A DNA stretch of 64,000 nucleotides from an uncultured Candidatus Binatia bacterium (lineage in GTDB: Bacteria > Desulfobacterota > Binatia > UBA9968 > JAJDTQ01), in assembly GCA_965213675.1 (NCBI GenBank), contig OZ243916.1:3680001-3744000 (forward strand), given 5' to 3'. Made by a program: the position numbers and the translations under genes. This document shows, in pieces, positions 53,529-62,628 of this stretch. Each line of letters starts with the position of its first letter. The stretch's first letter is position 1. The notes beneath the pieces are model-generated. The model made no database searches, was not told where the DNA came from, and was given only the letters and a program-made list of their open reading frames with translations.

Positions 53529-54378
53529 AGTGGTAGAAGCCTTTGCCGGTCTTGCGTCCCAGGTGGCCGGCGAGATACAGCTTCTGCTGCAATGGGCTGG
53601 GACGGAAGCGCGGATCCTCGAAGAACGCGCGGTACAGGGTCTCGGTGGCGGTGAAGTTGATATCGATGCCGATGAGGTCCTGCAACTCGAACGGCCCCAT
53701 GCGGAACCCGCCGGCTTCGCGCATGATCCGGTCCACCGTTTCCACGTCGGCGCCGCCGTCGCCCAGGATGCGCAGCGCCTCGTTGTAGAAGGGGCGCGCG
53801 ATGCGGTTCACGATGAACCCGGGCGTGTCCTTGGTACGCACCGGTGTCTTGCCGAAGCGGCGGGCGATGTCCATGGCCTTGGTCACGGTGGCGTCGCTGG
53901 TGAGTTCTCCCTGCACGACCTCCACCAGCGCCATGAGCGGCGCCGGGTTGAAGAAGTGGGTGCCCAGCACCCGCGTGGCGTCCTTCACCGCGCCGCCGAT
54001 GGCGGTGACGGACAACGATGAGGTGTTGGTGGACAGCAGGGTTTCGGGCGCGCACGCGCCCTCGAGCTTCTGGAACAACTCGCGCTTGACCGAGAGGTTC
54101 TCGGTGGCGGCCTCGATGACCAGGACGGCGTCGGACAGATCCTCCAGCGCGAGGGATCCCTGGAGGCGCGCCAGGATGCGCGCTTCCTCCTGTGCGTCGA
54201 TGGTTCCCTTCTCGCGGCTGCGGCCGATGAAGCCCCGAATGCGTCCGAGGCCGCGGTCGACGAACTCTTGGGCGATGTCGTACACGACGCACTCGAATCC
54301 GCCCTGGACCGCCACCTGGGCGATGCCCGCGCCCATGGTGCCGGCGCCGATCACCCCGATCTTGTTGTCGTTGACCAT
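53515..54378 (-). CDS. paaH: 3-hydroxyacyl-CoA dehydrogenase (PaaH N-terminal module)
   Basis: GVIGAGTMGAGIA, NTSSLS, HFFNPAP, DTPGFIVNR and GFRMGPFEL; start at ATG 54378. Confidence 0.86.
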   Translation of the reverse strand: MVNDNKIGVIGAGTMGAGIAQVAVQGGFECVVYDIAQEFVDRGLGRIRGFIGRSREKGTIDAQEEARILARLQGSLALEDLSDAVLVIEAATENLSVKRELFQKLEGACAPETLLSTNTSSLSVTAIGGAVKDATRVLGTHFFNPAPLMALVEVVQGELTSDATVTKAMDIARRFGKTPVRTKDTPGFIVNRIARPFYNEALRILGDGGADVETVDRIMREAGGFRMGPFELQDLIGIDINFTATETLYRAFFEDPRFRPSPLQQKLYLAGHLGRKTGKGFYHYESK

Positions 54379-54392
54379 GGCTTGATTCCGGC

Positions 54393-55175
54393 CTACTCGC
54401 CCTTGAATACCGGGGTTCGCTTCTCCATGAAGGCGCGCACGCCCTCGTCGTAGTCGGCGGTGCGTCCGGCGATCTCCTGGGTGCAGGCCTCGTACTCGAG
54501 CTGCGCCTCCAGCTCGGCGTACATGGAGCGGTTGAGGGTACGCTTGATCAGGCCGGCGCTGCGCGGCGCCCGCGCCAGGCGCCCGGCCATGGCGCGGGCC
54601 TCCGCAGCCAGCGCCGCCACGGGCACCACCTTGGTCACGAGGCCGTAGCGCAGCGCGTCCCGGGCCTCCAGCGGCTCGCCCAGAAGGAACAACTCGGTGG
54701 CCTTGCTCAAGCCGATGAGCCGGGGCATGAAGTAGCTGCCGCCGCAGTCGGGGCCCAGGCCCACGCGCACGAACGCCTCGATGAAGCGCGCGTTCTCCGA
54801 GGCGATGCGCAGGTCGCACGCCAGCGTGAGGTTGCAGCCCGCCCCCGCGGCCACGCCGTTGACGGCGCAGAGCACGATCTTCTCGGTTCTGCGGATGGCC
54901 AGGATGATGGGGTTGTAGCGCTCCCTCAGCGATTCGCCCAGGGAGCCCTTCCTGTCCGGGGAACGCTCCTTCAGGTCCTGACCGGCGCAGAAGGCGCGCT
55001 CGCCTGCGCCGGTGAGCACGAAACAGCGCACCGCCTTGTCGCGGTTGCCGTCCTTGAGCGCGTCCAGCAACTCGCGGTTCATTTGCGGGGTGAAGGCATT
55101 GAGCGCTGCCGGGCGGTTCAGCGTGAGGGTGGCGACCCCGTCCTGCTTGTCGTAGAGGATCGTCTCGTAGCTCAT
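54393..55175 (-). CDS. paaG: Enoyl-CoA hydratase/isomerase, PaaG-like
   Basis: FCAGQDL, YNP, NGVAAGAG and GLGPDCGG (PaaG-type catalytic Asp); ATGA overlap with paaF. Confidence 0.82.
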   Translation of the reverse strand: MSYETILYDKQDGVATLTLNRPAALNAFTPQMNRELLDALKDGNRDKAVRCFVLTGAGERAFCAGQDLKERSPDRKGSLGESLRERYNPIILAIRRTEKIVLCAVNGVAAGAGCNLTLACDLRIASENARFIEAFVRVGLGPDCGGSYFMPRLIGLSKATELFLLGEPLEARDALRYGLVTKVVPVAALAAEARAMAGRLARAPRSAGLIKRTLNRSMYAELEAQLEYEACTQEIAGRTADYDEGVRAFMEKRTPVFKGE

Positions 55176-55945
55176 TTTCCCTTGAATTCGGGCTTGCGCT
55201 TGTCGAGGAACGCGGTCATGCCCTCGCGGCGGTCCTCGGAGGCGAACAGTGTGTAGAAGGACTTGCGTTCGAACGCCAAGCCTTCGTCCAGGGGCGTGTT
55301 GGCGGCCTTGAGGATGGCTTCCTTGGCGAAGCGGACGGCGATGGGCGGCTTGCGCGCGATGGTGTGGGCCATACCCCTGGCCTCGTCCAGCAGCACCTCC
55401 GCCGGCACCACCTTGTTCACCAGCCCGCACCGCTCGGCCTCGGCCGCGTTCATGAACCGGCCGGTGAGCACCAGCTCCATGGCCTTGTGCTTGCCCACCA
55501 GGTGGGTGAGCCGCTGGGTGCCTCCGGAGCCCGGGATGACCCCCAGGTTGACCTCGGGCTGGCCGAATACGGCCGTTTCCGAGGCGATGATGATGTCGCA
55601 GCTCATGGCCAGCTCGCAGCCGCCGCCCAGGGCGAAGCCGCTCACTGCGGCGATGACCGGCTTGGCGAGGTGGTTCAGGCGGTCGCGCAGCATCAGGCGG
55701 TCGTGCGCCGTGCCCGCGAACGGAGTGGCCTGGACCATCTCGTTGATGTCGGCGCCCGCGGCGAACGCGCGCTCGCCGCCGGTGATGATGAAGACGCGCG
55801 CGGAGTCGTCGCGGTCGAGTTCCTCGAAGGCCGTGCACAGGTCCTTGCACAGGCCGTAGGAGAGTGCGTTGAGTTGTTTCGGGCGGTTGAGCGTGGCCAC
55901 GACCACGGGGCCGTCGCGTTCCAGGGTGATGTTGTCGAAGGTCAT
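55172..55945 (-). CDS. paaF: Enoyl-CoA hydratase, PaaF-like
   Basis: FAAGADI, ALGGGCEL and FGQPEVNLGVIPGSGGTQRL (both catalytic Glu). Confidence 0.85.
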   Translation of the reverse strand: MTFDNITLERDGPVVVATLNRPKQLNALSYGLCKDLCTAFEELDRDDSARVFIITGGERAFAAGADINEMVQATPFAGTAHDRLMLRDRLNHLAKPVIAAVSGFALGGGCELAMSCDIIIASETAVFGQPEVNLGVIPGSGGTQRLTHLVGKHKAMELVLTGRFMNAAEAERCGLVNKVVPAEVLLDEARGMAHTIARKPPIAVRFAKEAILKAANTPLDEGLAFERKSFYTLFASEDRREGMTAFLDKRKPEFKGK

Positions 55946-56135
55946 GCTACGTCGCAGATATACACCATGGGTCGGGCGGTTTCAACGCGAGTCCCGGGCG
56001 GCTGCGCCCGTGTCGGTCCGGTCCGTGGGCATGATTGGATGCGGAGGATCTCGGGGTCCCCGCGCCTGCCTGCGGCGCGGCGAACCTGGATGATTTCGTT
56101 GACTTGGACATTTCGATCTGACAGGAACGGTGTTC

Positions 56136-56822
56136 ATGCCGAACGGTTCTGAATCGCGCACTGCCCACCACGACGAGAAGCTGCGTCAGATCCTCAAGAC
56201 CGCCGCCGGGATTTTTGCGGAGAAGGGGTTCGACGGCACCTCCATCCGCGACATCAGCCGGGCCACGGGAATGAGTCTGGCAGGCCTCTATTACTATTTC
56301 CGCACCAAGGAAGAGTTGCTGTGCCTGATCCAGGAGCGCTGCATGGAGACCTTGCTGGAGAACGCGCGCAAGATTCGGACGATGCCGAAGAGTCCGCGCG
56401 AAAAGGTTGCCTTGTTCGTCCACAACCATCTCGGTTTCTTTCTTCACAACATGAATGAGATGAAGGTCATGTCCAGGGAGGACACGGCGCTGACGGCGGA
56501 CTACGAGAAACGCGTTCTCGAGTTGAAGCGGCACTACGTGAAAGCGCTGGTGGACTTGGTGGAGGAACTGCAACAGCAGGAGGGCGCGCCCAAGCTCAAC
56601 GTTCGCGTGGCGGCGCTGGCGCTCTTCGGCATGATGAACTGGGTGTACACTTGGTACAATCCCAGCCGGGACCCCTCCCTCGGGGAGCTCATCGAACAGG
56701 TTCTGCACATCTTCTTCTTCGGCGTGCTCCACGGGAAGGCGGAGGATCAGGCGGCGGAGGAGCATCTCCGCCGGTCTTTCCTGCCCGAGGACAAGAGTTT
56801 TGCGCTGTGGCCCGGGTCGTGA
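56136..56822 (+). CDS. TetR family regulator (PaaR/KstR2-like), divergent from the paa-like operon
   Basis: FAEKGFDGTSIRDI..GLYYYFRTKEELL HTH; GMMNWVYTWY C-terminal motif. Confidence 0.9.
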   Translation: MPNGSESRTAHHDEKLRQILKTAAGIFAEKGFDGTSIRDISRATGMSLAGLYYYFRTKEELLCLIQERCMETLLENARKIRTMPKSPREKVALFVHNHLGFFLHNMNEMKVMSREDTALTADYEKRVLELKRHYVKALVDLVEELQQQEGAPKLNVRVAALALFGMMNWVYTWYNPSRDPSLGELIEQVLHIFFFGVLHGKAEDQAAEEHLRRSFLPEDKSFALWPGS

Positions 56823-56890
56823 GTGGGTGCGGGGTCGGTGATTCGTGGGGTAAATCGCCGGTGGGGTGTGGGTGAGCCGGGCGCCGCGGA

Positions 56891-57021
56891 GTGGGCGGCG
56901 TCTCTGAAATCAGAAGACGCTCCTGCGGGGGTGTGCATCGTGCACCGCTCAGGCCAAGGGGTGGATCGGGGCGGTGGCTTGCGCCCGCCCGGCGTCAACA
57001 GATTTTAGAGACGCCGCCCAC
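56891..57021. mobile_element. MITE-like element with 21-bp terminal inverted repeats
   Basis: GTGGGCGGCGTCTCTGAAATC ... GATTTTAGAGACGCCGCCCAC (1 mismatch), 131 bp, non-coding; no clear target-site duplication. Confidence 0.5.
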
Positions 57022-57045
57022 CCGGCTCCATGTGTCGTGTCCCGT

Positions 57046-57080
57046 AAATTCCTGCGACCAGTTGCGCAGGAATTTTTTTT
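57046..57080 (+). terminator. Rho-independent terminator downstream of tetR
   Basis: AAATTCCTGCG / CGCAGGAATTT stem running into a T8 tract. Confidence 0.7.
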
Positions 57081-57150
57081 GTTGTCGGCAAGGCGCGATG
57101 ACGACCAGTGGCGGTTACCACGCGAGGAAGAGCAACGCAGCCGGTGGACG

Positions 57151-57780
57151 TCAGGCGGCGGCGCTGGGGCGTTGGCTGACGCGGTGGTGCCAGTCGGCGG
57201 CGCGGTGGCACTCGGGAGGCAGGGTCATCTTGATCCAGCCGGCGAAGTCCACGGCCACCTGCGCGGTGATGTCGGCGATGGTGTAACGTTCGCCGGTGAC
57301 GAAAGGGCCGTGGGCGAGTTGCCTGTCCAGGGCGGCGAAGAAGCGCTCGACGCGGGCGCGGCCGCGTGACACGAGCTCGGGGATCTGTTCGGCGCCGTCC
57401 GGGCCGGTGAGGGCGCGCCCCTTGAGCCCTCGGGCCTGGTTCCTGAACGCTTCGGTGACGGCGAGGAAGCCGTCGATCTCGAAGCGGTGTTCCCACATGG
57501 CCACCTGCGCGCGGTCGCGCGCGTCCACGCCCATGAGCGGCGGCTCAGGGTGAACTTCCTCCAGATAGCGGCACACGGCGACGGCTTCGCTGACGGTGGC
57601 GCCGTCGTCGAGTTCCAGGACGGGGACCGTGCACCAGGGGTTGAGCCTGCGGAACGGTTCCGTGAGGTGCTCGCCGTTGCGCAGGTCCACCTCGACGGTG
57701 GGAATGTCCAGGCCCTTTTCGGCGATGAAGATGCGCACGCGGCGCGGGCTCGGAGCGGAGCGGCAGTCGTGAAATTTCAT
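57151..57780 (-). CDS. Glutathione S-transferase family protein
   Basis: APSPRRVRIF, LNPWCTVPVLELDDG, SEAVAVCRYLE and YTIADI. Confidence 0.9.
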   Translation of the reverse strand: MKFHDCRSAPSPRRVRIFIAEKGLDIPTVEVDLRNGEHLTEPFRRLNPWCTVPVLELDDGATVSEAVAVCRYLEEVHPEPPLMGVDARDRAQVAMWEHRFEIDGFLAVTEAFRNQARGLKGRALTGPDGAEQIPELVSRGRARVERFFAALDRQLAHGPFVTGERYTIADITAQVAVDFAGWIKMTLPPECHRAADWHHRVSQRPSAAA

Positions 57781-57787
57781 CGGATCC

Positions 57788-59089
57788 TCATGCCGGACTA
57801 CGGGTGGAAATACCGTACTGCCGGAGGGTGGTCGCCATGGTCGGGCGGCCGAGCCGGATGCGGCCGTCGTTCAAGAGATACGAAAACAGGTACCCGGCGC
57901 CAAGCATCAGGATGCCGATGAGGAAACAGTACATGACCGCGCGATCCGGGTAGGAGTCCTTGAGGTAGCCCACGTAGAGGGGTCCGCAGATGCCCGCGGC
58001 GGCCCAGGCGGTAAGCACGAAGCCGTACATTCTGGACATTTTCTCGGCCCCGAAGACATCGAGGACGTAGGGCGGCATGATGGCGAAGCCGCCGCCGAAG
58101 CAGAGCAGAACGTAGCAGACCAACGCCGAGAAGACCCACGGGTTCTCTTCGGTCATGAGGACCCCGAACACGACCATCTGGCTGGCCAGCAGGATGCGGA
58201 ACACGTGGACCCGGCCGATGCGATCAGACAGGAGTCCCCAGAACAGTCGCCCCACCCCGTTGCACACGGAACTGGCGGCGATGAGCGTGGCGCCGTACTC
58301 TGCCAGCACGACCGGCTCGAGGGTGGGGTCGGCGATGCCCCAGACCTCCTGCAGGAGTTCCGACTGGAAACTGATGACGGAGATGCCGGCGGCGATGTTG
58401 AAGAAGAATACGGTCCACATGATGAGGAACTGGGTGGACGTGAGGTAGGGCAGGGTCGTCGCGGGTTCGTCCGAATCCAAGCGGCTGGCGAAGCTGCCCG
58501 GGGCACGGATCGGTGGTACGGGGTTGCTCAGGGCGAGGCTGCAAGGCAGCAGGATGCAGGCGAACAGGATTCCCAGCCACAGGAAGACCAGGGCCAGGTC
58601 GCCCTCGGTGCGCAACACCAGGAAGGGAGCCAGCCCCTTGCTCAGGAGCAGCGCGCCGATGCCGAAGCCCATGACGACGATACCGGTCACCAGCCCCCTC
58701 TTTTCGGGGAACCACTTGGCCACCGTGGCCACCGGGGTCACGTAACCCAGTCCGATGCCGGCGCCGCCGATGACGCCGTAACCGAGATAGAACAGCGGCA
58801 GGTAGTCGAGCCGGAGCGCCGCGCTGGCAATGATGTAGCCGCCGGAGAACATCAGGCTGCCGGTGAGCGCCAGACGCCGGGGGCCGAGCCGCCCCAGCGC
58901 GGAGCCCGCCCAGGCCGCGGACGTCCCCAGGGAAAAGATGGCGATGCTGAAGGCCCAGGCGGTTTCGGTGTGGGTCCATCCCGACTGATGCACCAGCATG
59001 GTCTGGAAAAAGCTCCAGGCGTAGACCGTCCCGAAGCATATCTGCAGCAGCGTGCAGAAAAACGCGATGGCGACTCGGTGAATGCGCAT
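57788..59089 (-). CDS. MFS transporter, oxalate/formate antiporter (OFA) family
   Basis: GTVYAWS, GIGLGY..PVAT..KWFP.KRGL..G, NGVGRLFWG.LSDRIGR, FGGGF. Confidence 0.9.
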   Translation of the reverse strand: MRIHRVAIAFFCTLLQICFGTVYAWSFFQTMLVHQSGWTHTETAWAFSIAIFSLGTSAAWAGSALGRLGPRRLALTGSLMFSGGYIIASAALRLDYLPLFYLGYGVIGGAGIGLGYVTPVATVAKWFPEKRGLVTGIVVMGFGIGALLLSKGLAPFLVLRTEGDLALVFLWLGILFACILLPCSLALSNPVPPIRAPGSFASRLDSDEPATTLPYLTSTQFLIMWTVFFFNIAAGISVISFQSELLQEVWGIADPTLEPVVLAEYGATLIAASSVCNGVGRLFWGLLSDRIGRVHVFRILLASQMVVFGVLMTEENPWVFSALVCYVLLCFGGGFAIMPPYVLDVFGAEKMSRMYGFVLTAWAAAGICGPLYVGYLKDSYPDRAVMYCFLIGILMLGAGYLFSYLLNDGRIRLGRPTMATTLRQYGISTRSPA

Positions 59090-59139
59090 ATCCTTGGAAA
59101 TGCCGGGGCGCCCGGTGGTCGCCCTTGGGCCGGGCGCCC

Positions 59140-59877
59140 CTACGTGGCGCCTTCCGGCGGCCGCGGTCCAGCGTCGCGTCGCGCCACGTGAAGCAGCAGG
59201 CGCGCCAACTCCCCGGCTTCGTCGTCGCGCGCCAGGACCCGCTCATCCGAGTCCCCGTCCGGGTTCTCTTCCCTGGCCAGTTTCGCGGCGAGGGCCAGGA
59301 CTTGTCCCAACGGCTTCGCCGCCAGGTTGATGAACCAGATGGACCCCAGGACGCCGACCACCAGCAGGATGGAGATGAGGTAGACTTGCTGGCCGATGGC
59401 GCGCTGAATCTTCAGGCCGATGACGTCGAGGTCCATGCCCACGTGCACGGCGCCGGCGTAACCCGCGAGGATCGGACTGGCTACCTCCACGAACTCGCCC
59501 ATGCCCGGAAGCGTCCGCTTGACCGTGGCGGTTTCGAACGGGTTGCCTTGCAGGATCTCCTCGGGAATGCCGGGGACGAAGGTGTGGGCGAGGAACTCGC
59601 CGCTATCGCTGGTGATGTAGACGTAGCGGATGCCCTGGATCTCCGCGAACTGGTCGATGAGCGATTGGAGCGTGGCCAGGTTGCGGTTGAGCAGGATGTC
59701 CACGCTGGCGTTGGCGATGGTCCTGGCAATGTTCCGGCTGTTGATCTCGTATTCCCTCGACAGGTGGGTCTGAACCGTATAGATGGTCAGCGCCGAGGTG
59801 GACAGCACGATCATGCCGAAGAGCCCCAAGATGCCGAACTGCGTCTTCTGAAAGAGCTTCCTGATCTTCATGATCAC
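59140..59877 (-). CDS. Membrane sensor-like protein (TM, Cache-like domain, TM, degenerate HAMP) with no output domain
   Basis: Two TM segments flank YVYI..GEFLAHTF..VEVASPIL..GAVHVGM; KPL...RDDEAGELA HAMP-like tail, then stop. GTGA overlap with the SBP gene. Confidence 0.75.
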   Translation of the reverse strand: MIMKIRKLFQKTQFGILGLFGMIVLSTSALTIYTVQTHLSREYEINSRNIARTIANASVDILLNRNLATLQSLIDQFAEIQGIRYVYITSDSGEFLAHTFVPGIPEEILQGNPFETATVKRTLPGMGEFVEVASPILAGYAGAVHVGMDLDVIGLKIQRAIGQQVYLISILLVVGVLGSIWFINLAAKPLGQVLALAAKLAREENPDGDSDERVLARDDEAGELARLLLHVARRDAGPRPPEGAT

Positions 59878-61157
59878 CCGAACTTGGCGCGCCAGTCGTC
59901 CAGGGTGACGAAGCGGCCGTCCTCGACGACGGTGTAGTACACCTTTTGCAACCCCTGCCGGCGGTCCGGTCCGAAGGACACCGACTCGCCGATGCCGAGG
60001 TCATAGTCGCGCACCGAGAACACGGCTTCCTCCAGGCCGCTTCTGTCCGGCCTGCCCTTGAGGCGGCGGAGTATTTCCACCATCAGCCTGGCGTCCAGGA
60101 ACCCTTCCAGGCTGACGAAGCTGTGGGGAAACGGCGTGTACGGCTCCTTCACCAACTCGCCGGGAACCTGGGGGTCGTAACGCGCCATCAGGTCGCGATA
60201 TTCCCGGACCGCGGGGATGGATGTGTCCTCGTAGCTGGGCACGACCTGCGAGTTCACGAGGTGGCGGGTGTAGGCATCAGGGTCGTCCTGTCCCTCGGAC
60301 AGGAGATTGAGCAGATTTTCGCTGCCGACGAAGGAAAGGTTGGCGATGGGGACGCGCAGGCCCAGATCCACGGCGTCGCGCGCAAACGCGGCGCACGCGG
60401 CATACGCGCCCACGCAGATCACCGCCTCGGGAGAAGCCTTCTTGAGGATCTCCACCTGTGCCCGCATGCTGCCGGTGAACCGCGTCCCTCGGCGGTACGT
60501 GGCCTCGCCGGCCATCTCGACGCCGTGCCGGGCCAGGGCCGCCCGTACGCCCGCCCAGCCGCTGCGGCCGTAGGCATCGGCCTGGTAGAACATGGCAATG
60601 CGCTGCCGTCCGATACGCATGAAGTTTTCCACGAGGCCGGCGGTCTCCTGGCGGTACGAGGCCCGCAGGTTGAAGGCGAAGTCGCCGTAGGGCGGCTCCC
60701 GCTGGGGCTGGGCGCCGGTGAAGGGGAAGAACAGGTACATCCGCTGGGCCTGGAACTTCTTCAGCATCGGCAGCGCGCGGGTGACGGTGGGGGTGCCCAC
60801 GTAGCCGAAGAGCAGGAAGACCTGGTCCTCCAGCATGAGCTTCACGGTGTTCTCGACGCAGGGATCCGGCTGATAGCCATCGTCATAGAGCTTGAGAACG
60901 ATCTTGCGGCCGTTGACGCCGCCGTTCTCGTTGACGTGGTTGAAGTAGGACCGAGCGCCGCGATAGAGTTCGGTGCCCAGTCCGCGGGAGGGGCCGGAGA
61001 ACGCCGCGGACACGCCCAGGACGATCTCGCCGTCGGGTCCGATGCCTCTCATCGCGGCCGCCCGGGCGTTGGCGTGAAGGGCGTGAAGCCACGGCGGCGC
61101 CAGCGCGGCCGCAAGCCCGGCGCGGACGAAGGTTCTGCGTGTCAGACTGGCTCTCAC
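59874..61157 (-). CDS. Periplasmic ligand-binding protein (PBP1/LivJ-like) with Tat signal
   Basis: GTG start overlapping the nfo stop; TRRTFV twin-arginine motif; SAAFSGP..LG, GGVNGRKI..DDGY.P, GYVGTPT, RASY..E. Confidence 0.85.
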   Translation of the reverse strand: MRASLTRRTFVRAGLAAALAPPWLHALHANARAAAMRGIGPDGEIVLGVSAAFSGPSRGLGTELYRGARSYFNHVNENGGVNGRKIVLKLYDDGYQPDPCVENTVKLMLEDQVFLLFGYVGTPTVTRALPMLKKFQAQRMYLFFPFTGAQPQREPPYGDFAFNLRASYRQETAGLVENFMRIGRQRIAMFYQADAYGRSGWAGVRAALARHGVEMAGEATYRRGTRFTGSMRAQVEILKKASPEAVICVGAYAACAAFARDAVDLGLRVPIANLSFVGSENLLNLLSEGQDDPDAYTRHLVNSQVVPSYEDTSIPAVREYRDLMARYDPQVPGELVKEPYTPFPHSFVSLEGFLDARLMVEILRRLKGRPDRSGLEEAVFSVRDYDLGIGESVSFGPDRRQGLQKVYYTVVEDGRFVTLDDWRAKFG

Positions 61158-62047
61158 TTTCCGTCCCGGAAAGACCGCAACAACTCCAGGCTCTCCCGGT
61201 CTTCCTTCAGGTCCTTGCCTTTCGGCGTCTCCAGGCACATGGGCAGGCCGAAGAAGCGCTTGTCGTTCATCAACAGGCGGAACGGCTCCACGTCCAGGTG
61301 TCCCTTGCCGATGATCTCGTGGCGGTCCACCCGGCAGTCGAGCTCCTTCTTGGAGTCGTTCAGATGGAAGGCGGCGAGGAGACCGACGCCGATGACCTCG
61401 TCGAACTCCGTGAAGGTGCGCTCGTAGCCTTCGCGCGTGCGGATGTCGTATCCGGCGGCGAAGGCGTGCTGGGTGTCGAAGCACACGCGCAGCCGGTCGC
61501 TCTCCCTGGCGCTGTCGATGATGTCGCGGATGTGTTCGAAGCGGTAGCCCAGGTTGCTGCCCTGGCCGGCGGTGATTTCCAGGGCGACGCGCACGTTGAA
61601 ACCCTTGCACCGCCGGTGGACGGCGTCGAGCGACCGTGCGATGGTGCGCAGGCCCGCGCGCTCGCCCGAGCCCGTGTGGGCGCCGGGATGGGCGATGAGG
61701 CAGGGGATGTCCAGGGCCTCGCAGCGCTCCATCTCGTCCACGAAGGCGGCCACGGACTTCTGCCGCAACTCCCGGTCGGGCGCGCCGAGGTTCAGCAGGT
61801 AGGAATCGTGGGCCACCACCGCGTGGACCCCGCTGGCCGCATGAGTATCCTTGAACGTGCGGGCGTCGTCTTCGCTCAAGGGCTTGGCGGCCCATTGCCG
61901 CGAGGACTTGGTGAATATCTGGATGGCTTCGCAGCCCACGCTGTCGCCGGCGCGGAGCGCGTTGTGAACCCCGCCGGCGATGGACATGTGCGCTCCCAGA
62001 AGCGGCCGGTCCCTGGGCGGGGTCTTCTTGCGCGGTGGCGAGGCCAT
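61154..62047 (-). CDS. nfo: Endonuclease IV (deoxyribonuclease IV)
   Basis: LGAHMSIAGG, QIF, HDSYLLNL, HPG, LEITAGQG, CFDTQH, HLNDSK, DRHE, LETP. Confidence 0.96.
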   Translation of the reverse strand: MASPPRKKTPPRDRPLLGAHMSIAGGVHNALRAGDSVGCEAIQIFTKSSRQWAAKPLSEDDARTFKDTHAASGVHAVVAHDSYLLNLGAPDRELRQKSVAAFVDEMERCEALDIPCLIAHPGAHTGSGERAGLRTIARSLDAVHRRCKGFNVRVALEITAGQGSNLGYRFEHIRDIIDSARESDRLRVCFDTQHAFAAGYDIRTREGYERTFTEFDEVIGVGLLAAFHLNDSKKELDCRVDRHEIIGKGHLDVEPFRLLMNDKRFFGLPMCLETPKGKDLKEDRESLELLRSFRDGK

Positions 62048-62149
62048 GTGGGAACTCTTACCACAACCCTGCCACTGACTTCATCCGGGAATTTGCCACG
62101 CGGAACGTATTGCAGTATGGCAACACATCGCCCAACAAGGAGGTCCTCC

Positions 62150-62557
62150 ATGGCCAACTGGCTTCTGAAGACCGAGCCCAGCGTCTATTCCTTCGCTGAC
62201 CTCCAGCAGGACAAGAGCACGATCTGGGACGGCATCAAGAACAATCTCGCCCTGAAACACCTTGCCACCGTGAAGAAGGGTGATCGATGCATCATCTATC
62301 ATACCGGCGGCCAACGGGTTTGCGTCGGCCTTGGCAAGGCCACCACCGGCGCCTATCCCGACCCCGAGAAGGACGACCCGAAGCTGCTGGTGTTCGACAT
62401 CAAGGTGGGCAAGGCGCTGAAACGCGAGGTCTCGCTGGCCGAGATGAAGCTCAATCCCCGGCTCGAGGGCTTTGACCTGTTCCGCTTGGGGCGGCTTTCC
62501 TTTGTTCCGGTGAGCGACGCCCACTACGACGTCATCATGGAGATGGCCAAGGGCTGA
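62150..62557 (+). CDS. EVE domain protein
   Basis: WLLKTEP..YS..DL, WDGIKN..A, GD..IYHTG, RLSFVPV; AAGGAGG RBS. Confidence 0.9.
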   Translation: MANWLLKTEPSVYSFADLQQDKSTIWDGIKNNLALKHLATVKKGDRCIIYHTGGQRVCVGLGKATTGAYPDPEKDDPKLLVFDIKVGKALKREVSLAEMKLNPRLEGFDLFRLGRLSFVPVSDAHYDVIMEMAKG

Positions 62558-62628
62558 GAAGGATGGCGGGCGGGAACGCCGCAGGTGCGCGTGAAGCCCG
62601 CCCGCGGGGACCTGAAAGGAGAGAACCC

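Noticed and set aside
53515-62557. Long upstream extensions of ORFs 53515..54819, 54393..55850, 59874..61895 and 61139..62557
   Set aside because: They overlap real neighbouring genes in other frames or on the other strand. True starts are 54378, 55175, 61157 and 62150.
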